Shown: positions 26,631 to 36,018 of the stretch, one piece after another
Layout: each line of letters starts with the position of its first letter
Position numbering within the stretch: the first letter of the stretch is position 1
DNA from: Dehalococcoidia bacterium
GTDB taxonomy: Bacteria > Chloroflexota > Dehalococcoidia > Lucifugimonadales > UBA3495
Length of the DNA: 64,000 nt
Assembly (NCBI GenBank): GCA_965203675.1
Contig: CBDBDE010000002.1
Span: forward strand, 1,151,028 to 1,215,027
Direction: 5' to 3'
Position numbers and translations under genes: made by a program
The notes under the pieces: generated by a model
What the model saw: only the letters and a program-made list of their open reading frames with translations
Database searches by the model: none
Told to the model about the DNA's origin: nothing

Positions 26631-27373
26631 CAGGAGGCTCCCGGGTCAAGAATCTGGGCGAGGTGCTTCACCGCGACGCGATGGCCCCGGCGGGACAGGC
26701 CGCCGCCGATGTGCATAAGGCAGCTCATGTCACAGGCGACCAGGGTGTCCGCGCCGGTGGATGCTATGTTGCCAATCTTGTCTTCTAGCATCCCCTCGGA
26801 GATGTGGGGGTACTTGACCGAGAAGGTGCCACCGAAACCGCAGCAGGACTCCCGGCCGGGCAGGGGGACGAGATTCAATCCCTCGACCCCAGCGAGCAAC
26901 CGCTCGGCGGCGTCTCCCGCGCCAAGCTCGCGGGACAGGTGGCAACTGGGATGGTAGGTGGCGGAGCCGGAGGCTGCCGCTCCGACGCCGGTGACGCCCA
27001 GTACGCCGGTCACAAACTCGGATAGCTCGTAGACTCTGGAGGCCAGTTCCAGCGCCCGCCGGTGCTGTTCCGGGTCATCATCAAGCAACTCGGGATAGAA
27101 GACCCGCAGCATGGCGGCGCAGGACCCCGACGGCACCACCACGTATCGGCTGTCCGCGAACTGGTCCATTACCCGCAAGGCCAGCTTCCGGGCGTCGGAG
27201 GCAAAGCCGGAGTTGAAGAGGGGCTGGCCGCAGCAGGTCTGGTCCCGGGGAAAGTCCACCTCGACCCCAAGACTCCGCAAGAGCCGCACCGTGCTGACCC
27301 CTACCTCGGGGTACAACTGGTCGATGATGCAGGTGACGAAAAGGGAGGCGCTGACGCCCGAGGGAGAAGACAA
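26630..27373 (-). CDS. lutA: Lactate utilization protein A ((Fe-S)-binding, CCG domains)
   Basis: CCGQP and CCGFGG cysteine-rich CCG motifs. Length is about 245 aa. Confidence 0.85.
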   Translation of the reverse strand: MSSPSGVSASLFVTCIIDQLYPEVGVSTVRLLRSLGVEVDFPRDQTCCGQPLFNSGFASDARKLALRVMDQFADSRYVVVPSGSCAAMLRVFYPELLDDDPEQHRRALELASRVYELSEFVTGVLGVTGVGAAASGSATYHPSCHLSRELGAGDAAERLLAGVEGLNLVPLPGRESCCGFGGTFSVKYPHISEGMLEDKIGNIASTGADTLVACDMSCLMHIGGGLSRRGHRVAVKHLAQILDPGAS

Positions 27374-27440
27374 ACGACAATCTTTCAGAACAATTTTTCA
27401 GAGGGGGATGGCTCGGCGTAGCGTATCAGAGAGACCGGAG

Positions 27441-27470
27441 GGAGGCAACCGGAGGGGAGGCAACCGGAGG
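27441..27470 (+). repeat. Perfect 15-bp tandem duplication in the lutA / ThDP-enzyme divergent intergenic region
   Basis: GGAGGCAACCGGAGG occurs twice (27441-27455 and 27456-27470), preceded by a partial ACCGGAGG. Confidence 0.9.
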
Positions 27471-27622
27471 GATTCGCCGGGGCGGGGGTTCCCTTGCCTT
27501 TTGCGGGGGCGGGCGTTAGTATCCGATTGGGCGCCATCCTGAGGGGTGCCGCCGGATTTTCGTGGACGGAGCGCGTGAAATGCTTCTCCGTTGTCCAGTA
27601 AGGAATTGCAGGTAGGTCGCTT

Positions 27623-29260
27623 ATGAACGTGATGGAAGCCGTAGCCCGAATTTTGAAGATTGAAGGGGTGGAGTGGGTGTCCTGTTTCCCCTCCAACCAG
27701 CTGATTGAACACGCCGCCAAGGAAGGTATCCGCACAATCATGTTCCGCCAGGAGCGGGGCGCCCTGATGGCCGCTGACGGGTACAGCCGCCTGAACCAGC
27801 GGGAGAAGTTCGGCGTCACCATCACCCAGGGCGGCCCGGGGTCAGAGAATTCCATGGGGGGTTTGGCCCAGGCGTACAGCGACAATGTGCCAATCCTGTA
27901 CCTTCCCGGGGGGCCGGCGCTGAGCCAGTATTCGGTGAAGCCCAACTTCTCGCCGGTGCGGACCTACGCCAGCGTTTCCAAGCAGGGGGAGGTTATCACC
28001 CAGCCCAGCCAGGTTTCCGCGGTCATGCGCCGCGCTTTCCACGCTCTACGGAACGGCCGGCCAGGGCCGGTAATTGTGGAGATCCCCGCCGACGTCGGCA
28101 CCCAGGAAGTTGCCGAAGCCGACCTGAACTATCAAGCGCCCAAGCGGGCCCGCCAGGCCCCCGACCCTGCCGACGTGAAGCAGGCGGTGGAGCTGCTGCT
28201 GAATGCCCGCAAGCCGGTTATCTGGTCTGGGATGGGCGTCCTCTTCGCCGGAGCTTCCAAGGAACTGACGGAGTTCGCGGAACTGGCCGAGATACCGGTC
28301 TACTGCACCATGCCGGGCAAATCGTCCTTCAACGAAAGCCATCCTCTCGCCCTGGGCTCGGGGAGCGCTTCCACCTCGCTGCCGGCCCGCACCTGGCTCC
28401 AGGAGTCGGATGTTCTCTTCGCCGTCGGCTCCAGCATGACCCGCACCAGCTACGGGCAGCCCATCCCGGGCGGCAAGGTCATCATCCACAACGTGGAGAG
28501 CATCGAGGACATCAACAAGGACTTCCCGGTCGATGTGGGGCTTCCCGGAGACGCCAAGCTGACCCTGAAAGCCATGATCGACGAGGTCAAGGCCCAGGCG
28601 GGCGCCAACGGACGCAAGGGGACCACCGGAGTGCAGTCGGAAATCGCGACCATGCGGGACGCCTGGATGGGCGAGTGGGCGGACATCCTCGAGACGGACG
28701 AAAAGCCCATCAGCCACTACCGGGTGATTGGCGAGCTGGAGCGGGTCCTGGACAAGGACAACAGCATAGTCACCCACGACGCCGGCGCTCCAAGGGACAC
28801 CATCATGCCCTTCTACACCGCCAGCGTCCCCCACAGCTACATTGGATGGGGCAAGACCACGCACCTGGGATACGGTATCCCACTGATGATCGGGGCCAAG
28901 CTGGCCCGCCCGGACAAGTTCTGCCTCAACTTCATGGGGGATGGAGCCTTCGGGATGTCAGGACTGGATATCGAGACGGCGGTCAGGGCCGGCGCTCCCA
29001 TCACCACCATCGTGCTGAACAACGGCGGCATGGCGACCTACCCGGGCGGATACCCCACTGCCAACGAGCTGTTCGGGGCGACGCAAATGGGCGGCGATTA
29101 CGCCAAGATTGCCGAAGGCATGGGTGCAGTCGGCATCACGGTCAGCGAACCGGGCGAGGTGGCCTCGGCCCTGGAACAGGCCAAGCGGCTCAACGCGGAC
29201 GGCCGGACGGTACTGATCGACGTTCACGCCAACCTAGAGGCACGCCGGTCGCAGTTCTGA
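27623..29260 (+). CDS. Thiamine diphosphate-dependent enzyme (acetolactate synthase large-subunit-like), paralogue A
   Basis: RQERGALMAADGYSR (catalytic Glu), GPGSEN, ThDP motif GDGAFGMSGLDIETAVRAGAPITTIVLNNGG. Confidence 0.85.
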   Translation: MNVMEAVARILKIEGVEWVSCFPSNQLIEHAAKEGIRTIMFRQERGALMAADGYSRLNQREKFGVTITQGGPGSENSMGGLAQAYSDNVPILYLPGGPALSQYSVKPNFSPVRTYASVSKQGEVITQPSQVSAVMRRAFHALRNGRPGPVIVEIPADVGTQEVAEADLNYQAPKRARQAPDPADVKQAVELLLNARKPVIWSGMGVLFAGASKELTEFAELAEIPVYCTMPGKSSFNESHPLALGSGSASTSLPARTWLQESDVLFAVGSSMTRTSYGQPIPGGKVIIHNVESIEDINKDFPVDVGLPGDAKLTLKAMIDEVKAQAGANGRKGTTGVQSEIATMRDAWMGEWADILETDEKPISHYRVIGELERVLDKDNSIVTHDAGAPRDTIMPFYTASVPHSYIGWGKTTHLGYGIPLMIGAKLARPDKFCLNFMGDGAFGMSGLDIETAVRAGAPITTIVLNNGGMATYPGGYPTANELFGATQMGGDYAKIAEGMGAVGITVSEPGEVASALEQAKRLNADGRTVLIDVHANLEARRSQF

Positions 29261-29379
29261 GGGATGTGAGAGTTATCGTGTCCCCGTGTATCCGGCCCCC
29301 GCCTTCGCGGGGGCTGGTTTTGTGTGGGGGTAACGGGTGGCGGATTGACTGGTCCTGCCTAGCCAGCGTTAGTTTCTGG

Positions 29380-29800
29380 GATAGCTGATAGGTCCCTGCC
29401 TCCGCGGGGACGACGGGGGAGGGGGTTCGCTCCGGTGGCCATTCCTGAGGGAGGGTTAATGGGTCCCTGCCTCCGCAGGGACGACGGGGGAGAGGATTTG
29501 CTCCGGTGGGCGCGCCTGGGGGGGTTACCGGGGTCTGGATTCCCGCCTACGCGGGAATGAGGGGAGAGATATTGGGTGTAGGAAACGGGGTTGCGGGGAA
29601 GGCTGATGGGTCCCTGCCTCCGCAGGGACGACGGGGGAGAGGATTTGCTCCGGTGGGCGCGCCTGGGGGGGTTACCGGGGTCTGGATTCCCGCCTGCGCG
29701 GGAATGACGGGAGAGATATTGGGTGTAGGAAACGGGGTTGCGGGGAAGGCTGATGGGTCCCTGCCTCCGCAGGGACGACGGGGGAGGGGGTTGTTCTTCG
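29380..29800 (+). repeat. Alternating A/B hairpin repeat array containing a 147-bp unit duplicated in tandem
   Basis: B cores start at 29391, 29461, 29608 and 29755. A cores start at 29531 and 29678. Units 29491-29637 and 29638-29784 differ at 2 positions. Confidence 0.9.
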
Positions 29801-29804
29801 GGTG

Positions 29805-29993
29805 CTAGTCAAAGAGGGACAGGAGCATAAGTCCGCCGAAGGCAACGCCGATTACAATCATCAGGACTATTAGCTCCCCTCCCGATTGGGCGCGGGCCTG
29901 TAACTCCCAGGGGCGGTCCTTGTAGCGGTTGAGCCGCTCCATCTCCTTCTGCCACATATACTCGCCAAGTCTGCCACGGTAGCGGGGTATCAT
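29805..29993 (-). CDS. Small tail-anchored membrane protein (62 aa), hypothetical
   Basis: The ORF has a basic N-terminal half and one C-terminal TM helix (LIVLMIVIGVAFGGLMLLSLF). No family was recognised. Confidence 0.35.
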   Translation of the reverse strand: MIPRYRGRLGEYMWQKEMERLNRYKDRPWELQARAQSGGELIVLMIVIGVAFGGLMLLSLFD

Positions 29994-30105
29994 TTGCTTG
30001 AACTCCTTTTGTTTCGACGACGGTGACGGCGTGACGTTTTCGATAATCCAGCAGGGAAGAGCATGCGGGACAGCCTGAAGTCCCTGGACTTTCGTCCGAC
30101 GCTAT

Positions 30106-30148
30106 CCTTGCGGGAAAACACGAAACCCCTGTTGCGGCAGGGGTTTCG
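30106..30148 (-). terminator. Intrinsic terminator downstream of tRNA-Sec
   Basis: On the minus strand the sequence reads CGAAACCCCTG-CCGCAA-CAGGGGTTTCG followed by TGTTTTCCC. This is an 11-bp stem, 14 nt after the tRNA 3' end. Confidence 0.65.
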
Positions 30149-30162
30149 ATCCAGTTGCCGGT

Positions 30163-30259
30163 TGGCGGGAGTGCGAGGGAGTCGAACCCACCTACCCCGC
30201 TCTTCACGAGGCATAACGGTTTTGAAGACCGCAAGAGCCACCGGGCCCCATCCACTCCC
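30163..30259 (-). tRNA. selC: tRNA-Sec (anticodon TCA, reads UGA)
   Basis: 97 nt: GGGAGTGG-AT-GGGGCC-CGGT-GGCTCT-T-GCGGT-CTTCAAA-ACCGT-(24-nt variable arm)-GTGGG-TTCGACT-CCCTC-GCACTCCC-G-CCA. It has a 6-bp D stem with a 4-nt loop CGGT, anticodon loop CUUCAAA, a long extra arm, G73 and an encoded CCA. All are bacterial tRNA-Sec hallmarks. Confidence 0.85.
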
Positions 30260-30284
30260 CCGAAAACCTCGGGAGCAGGAGGTG

Positions 30285-30614
30285 TTAGCTGCCCAGGACT
30301 GAGTCGATCTTCTGCTTGAGCCTGCCTTTGGGGGCCGCTCCGACGTGCTGGTCGACGGGCTTTCCGTCCTTGAAGAAAATCAGGGCGGGGATGCTGCGGA
30401 TACCGTACTTCATGGCGATGCTCGGGTTGTTGTCCACGTCCACCTTGGCCACGTTCAGCTTGCCGTCGTACTCCAGGGCGAGGTCGTGGACGGCGGGGGC
30501 GATCATCTTGCAAGGGCCGCACCATTCGGCCCAGAAATCCACCAGGACCGGCAGATCGGAGTTTATAACTTCGTCGTCCCAACTGCTCTCGTTGACTTCG
30601 ATAGGTTCAGGCAT
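30285..30614 (-). CDS. trxA: Thioredoxin
   Basis: WAEWCGPCKMIAP active site. The 109-aa product starts at ATG 30614, preceded by GGAGG with a 4-nt spacer. The longer ORF-track extension was rejected. Confidence 0.85.
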   Translation of the reverse strand: MPEPIEVNESSWDDEVINSDLPVLVDFWAEWCGPCKMIAPAVHDLALEYDGKLNVAKVDVDNNPSIAMKYGIRSIPALIFFKDGKPVDQHVGAAPKGRLKQKIDSVLGS

Positions 30615-30840
30615 CAGGCCTCCAAATCTTGTTTTCATTATTAAGTCCACCTCTCGGCGCCGCTGCATTCGCAGTTGTTCGGGCACCGCCGGCGGACTCT
30701 TCAGTGCTCGAAGTTTATACCCGGTCAATGGGCAGGGTCAACACGACTGAGGCGGCAACGCTGCGCTGCCGCTCATCCACGCATCAACCATTTAATGTTA
30801 CGGCCTCTTGGATTATAGTATCCTGCGGAGTTTCCTGAAT

Positions 30841-32717
<1,877 letters not shown>

Positions 32718-32721
<4 letters not shown>

Positions 32722-32993
32722 ACCTGTTCGGGGTGGGCCTTCCCGAAATCGCCCTGATAATGGTAGTGGGGTTCCTGGTGCTGGGCCCGGCCAGGACGAT
32801 GGAAATGGCCCGCACCACCGGGAAGGTATGGCGGGAAATCCGCCGGACCGTTGGCGACATAACCGACGCGGCTTCTTTGGACGACCGCCGACCGGGGGAT
32901 GATCGCAGGCCGGGGGACGACCGACGGCCCGGGCCCCCCAATCCGACGGGACCGGGGCCCAGGGAAGACCCTGCCGGACCCGACAGCCGGTGA
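32718..32993 (+). CDS. TatA/TatB-family twin-arginine translocase subunit (TatB-like, 91 aa)
   Basis: FGVGLPEIALIMVVGFLVLGPARTMEMARTTGKVWREIRR. The GTG overlaps the preceding stop (GTGA) and has a GGGAGGGA RBS. The C-terminal tail carries three DDRRPG repeats. Confidence 0.7.
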
Positions 32994-33757
32994 ACGACCG
33001 GGAACTCTCCCTCCGGGAACACCTCCAGGAGCTGCGGCGGCGGCTCCTGATTTCGGTTATCGCCCTGCTCGTCGGCACCGTGGTTGTCTTCGCCTTCTGG
33101 GAGGATGTGGTGCTGCTCCTGAAGCGTCCGGCCCAGGAACTCAACGACGGGCAGGGCGTCACGCTCATCGCGACCCAGGTGACCGAATCGCTGACGACCA
33201 GCTTCAAGATATCCATGGTCGGCGGCGCAGTGCTGGCCTTCCCAGTCATCCTGTACCAGGCCGTCCGGTTCGCCGCCCCCGGACTGACGGACCGGGAAAA
33301 GCGCTACCTGTTAATCTTCATGCCCGCGGCGGTGGTGGCCTTTGCGGCGGGGCTGGCCTTCGGATACTTCGTCCTGACGCCCCAGGCGCTCCCGTTTCTG
33401 CTGTCCTTCGGGGACGGCGTTGTCCAGCCCATGGTGCGGATCAGCAGCCTGGTGGACGTGATGATCCGGCTCTTGGTCTGGATGGGGCTGGTCTTTGAGA
33501 CTCCCCTAATCATGGTCCTGCTGGCCCGACTGGGGATCGTTCCAGCCAGAGCTTTCTCCCGTTTCCGACGCTACTGGCTGATAATCGCTTTCGTCCTTGC
33601 CGCCGTGATAACGCCCACGGTGGACCCGGTGAACCAGATACTGGTGGCGGTGCCGCTGCTGGTCCTGTATGAGCTGGGCGTGGTGCTGGCCAAGATAGCG
33701 GGAAAACGCAGAGACCGGCTCTCGGGGTCCGCCTCGCCGGTTTCGGACGTTGAGTGA
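32990..33757 (+). CDS. tatC: Twin-arginine translocase subunit TatC
   Basis: LSLREHLQELRRRLL and six TM helices. The GTGA start overlaps the tatB-like stop. Confidence 0.85.
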   Translation: MNDRELSLREHLQELRRRLLISVIALLVGTVVVFAFWEDVVLLLKRPAQELNDGQGVTLIATQVTESLTTSFKISMVGGAVLAFPVILYQAVRFAAPGLTDREKRYLLIFMPAAVVAFAAGLAFGYFVLTPQALPFLLSFGDGVVQPMVRISSLVDVMIRLLVWMGLVFETPLIMVLLARLGIVPARAFSRFRRYWLIIAFVLAAVITPTVDPVNQILVAVPLLVLYELGVVLAKIAGKRRDRLSGSASPVSDVE

Positions 33758-33805
33758 GGAGGGGGTTGCCAGCCGGGGATTCTGCGGAGCGGGGCGGCAG
33801 GAAAT

Positions 33806-33845
33806 GAAAAGGACCGGCCCCAGCGCCGGTCCTTTCGTTTTGTCC
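33806..33845. terminator. Bidirectional terminator between tatC (+) and tatA (-)
   Basis: AAAGGACCGGC-CCCAGC-GCCGGTCCTTT, with a T-rich tail on both strands. Confidence 0.6.
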
Positions 33846-33862
33846 GGGAGATGCAGCTGTTG

Positions 33863-34081
33863 CTAGGACGGGTCGTCGGTGTTGCTCCTTGCCTTGGCCG
33901 TTTCCTGCTTTTCGGGCGGCTTGGCCGATTCGTCTTCGCCGGTCACCGAGGTCTTGAACATCCTGATGCCCTTGCCCAGCGATGAGCCGATTTCGGGCAG
34001 GCGGGTGGCGCCGAAGATAAGCAACAGGACGGCCAAGATGATCAACAGTTCCGTCAGGCCCAAGGGTCCTAGTCTCATCAC
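33863..34081 (-). CDS. tatA: Twin-arginine translocase subunit TatA/E
   Basis: LGLTELLIILAVLLLIFGATRLPEIGSSLGKGIRMFK. Confidence 0.85.
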   Translation of the reverse strand: MMRLGPLGLTELLIILAVLLLIFGATRLPEIGSSLGKGIRMFKTSVTGEDESAKPPEKQETAKARSNTDDPS

Positions 34082-34184
34082 AACCTCGTGGTTCCGGTTG
34101 GTAGGGGTGAATGATACCAGAACGCCCGATTGGGGACAAACCGGGGTTGGGCCTGAAGGTGAAGTTCCCGCTGGGCTGTCGAAC

Positions 34185-34320
34185 GAGTGGCAGTTTGGTC
34201 AAACTGCCGGTGAACGACCAACACGACATTGCAGGGAAGAGACAACGGGGGTCTGGATTCCCGCCTGCGCGGGAATGACGGGAAAAGGGGAAAAAGGTGC
34301 AGTTAGACTTCATTGATGCC
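34185..34320 (+). repeat. Composite dispersed element, copy 2
   Basis: Left module GGCAGTTTGGTCAAACTGCCGGTGAACGACCAACACGAC. A core at 34249-34283. Right module GGTGCAGTTAGACTTCATTGATGCC. Confidence 0.8.
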
Positions 34321-34466
34321 CCCTAGACGCTCAGGATCTTCGTTGCCCGCCGGTAGGGTGGCCGGTATAATTGGCTGGCCCAGCCTTCACCGCAGCAGCG
34401 GTCTTTGCAGACACCAAACCGGCTGGAATTATCTCCGACCTCATATCTCTAAAACCGCTGGTACAA

Positions 34467-35852
34467 ATGGCTAACGACTACGACGTTGTGGTAATTGGCG
34501 CGGGCCCAGGCGGGTATGTGTCCGCCATTCGCTGCGCCCAATTGGGGATGAAGGCTGCCATCGTCGAACGGGACGCCCTGGGAGGGGTTTGCCTCAACTG
34601 GGGCTGCATCCCCAGCAAGGCGCTGCTGAAGAACGCCGAGATAGTTTCCTACGTGCGACGGGCGGACGAGTTCGGGTTGAGGTTCGACAATTTCCACGCC
34701 GACTTTTCCTCCGCCATCGACCGGAGCAGGAAGGTGGTTGACCGCAACGTCCGGGGCGTGGCGTATCTGCTTCGCAAGAACAACATTGACCACATCAGCG
34801 GAGAGGGCTCCATTGTCTCGCCCGGAGTTGTTGAGGTATCTCCCCAGGGCGACCGGCTCAACGCGAAGAACATCATCATTGCCACCGGGGCCCGCCCCCG
34901 CAGCATCCCGTCCCTGCCCGTGGATGGAGAGCGGGTCATAACCAGCCGGGAGAGCATCGTGCTCCGGGACCTTCCCGGATCCATCGTTATCGTGGGAGGC
35001 GGAGCCATCGGCGTCGAGTTCGCCTACGTTTACAAGATGTATGGCGTGGACGTGACGGTGGTCGAGCTCCTGCCCCGCCTTGTTCCCAACGAGGATGAGG
35101 AAATCAGCCGCCAGCTGGAGCGGTCCCTTTCCCGTCACGGCATCAACGTCATGACCGGCGCCGGGGTTTCCGGCGTTGTTCCCACCGCCAACGGGGTCTC
35201 CGTCACCGTGGACCAGAACGGGGTTGAGCACACGATAGAGGCCGGGAAGGTGCTGGTGGCGGTGGGCATCCAGCCCAACACGGAGGGGTTGGGGCTGGAG
35301 CGCATCGGCGTCGCCACCGAGCGGGGATACATAAGTATTGACGACCGGATGGCCACCAACGTTCCCGGGGTGTTCGCGATAGGGGACGTCACCGGAAAGC
35401 TGGCCCTGGCCCATGCCGCCTCGGCACAGGCAGTCACCGCCGCCGAAGCCATCGCCGGCGAGGAGACCCAGCCCCTGGACTACACCTACATGCCCAAGGC
35501 GACGTACTGCCAGCCCCAGGTGGCCAGCTTCGGCCTGACGGAAGAACAGGCCGTGGCGCAGGGCCACGAGGTGAAGGTCGGAAAGATGAACGTCCTGGCC
35601 AACGGCAAGGCCATGGCCATGGGGGAGACGGAGGGCATGGTCAAGCTGGTGATGGATGCCCGCTACGGCGAGCTGCTGGGCGCTCATCTCATTGGGCCGG
35701 AAGTGACCGAGCTGCTGGGCGAGCTGTCCCTGACCCGTCTCCTGGAAGGCACTTCGCTGGAGCTGGGCTGGGCGGTCCATGCCCACCCGTCCATATCGGA
35801 AATGGTCAAGGAAGCGGCGTTGGGCGCAGAGGGAAGGGCCATTCATGGATAG
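34467..35852 (+). CDS. lpdA: Dihydrolipoyl dehydrogenase (E3)
   Basis: YDVVVIGAGPGGY, redox centre GGVCLNWGCIPSK, C-terminal HAHPSISE. ATG 34467 was chosen. Confidence 0.9.
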   Translation: MANDYDVVVIGAGPGGYVSAIRCAQLGMKAAIVERDALGGVCLNWGCIPSKALLKNAEIVSYVRRADEFGLRFDNFHADFSSAIDRSRKVVDRNVRGVAYLLRKNNIDHISGEGSIVSPGVVEVSPQGDRLNAKNIIIATGARPRSIPSLPVDGERVITSRESIVLRDLPGSIVIVGGGAIGVEFAYVYKMYGVDVTVVELLPRLVPNEDEEISRQLERSLSRHGINVMTGAGVSGVVPTANGVSVTVDQNGVEHTIEAGKVLVAVGIQPNTEGLGLERIGVATERGYISIDDRMATNVPGVFAIGDVTGKLALAHAASAQAVTAAEAIAGEETQPLDYTYMPKATYCQPQVASFGLTEEQAVAQGHEVKVGKMNVLANGKAMAMGETEGMVKLVMDARYGELLGAHLIGPEVTELLGELSLTRLLEGTSLELGWAVHAHPSISEMVKEAALGAEGRAIHG

Positions 35853-35859
35853 ACTCCAG

Positions 35860-35995
35860 CGGGCACGGGCTATCGCGTGAGTGCCAGTTTGTTCAAATTT
35901 CCAGTGAACGGCCAACACGACATTTAGGGAACATACGACGGGGGTCTGGATTCCCGCCTGCGCGGGAATGACGGGAAGAGCGGACTGTGACGCCG
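35860..35995 (+). repeat. Composite dispersed element, copy 3 (right module truncated)
   Basis: GGGCTATCGCGTGAGTGCCAGTTTGTTCAAATTTCCAGTGAACGGCCAACACGAC, with the A core at 35939-35975. Confidence 0.8.
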
Positions 35996-36018
35996 AAATT
36001 TTCTGCAGGGAGGCCGTC

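Noticed and set aside
34185-35995. Composite elements as bona fide integron attC sites / cassette array
   Set aside because: Only two of five copies show a GTTRRRY-like core, and I could not find a convincing complementary RYYYAAC partner. No intI is in the window, and the bracketed genes include core metabolism (lpdA). The idea is kept as a low-probability analogy inside the finding, not as a call.
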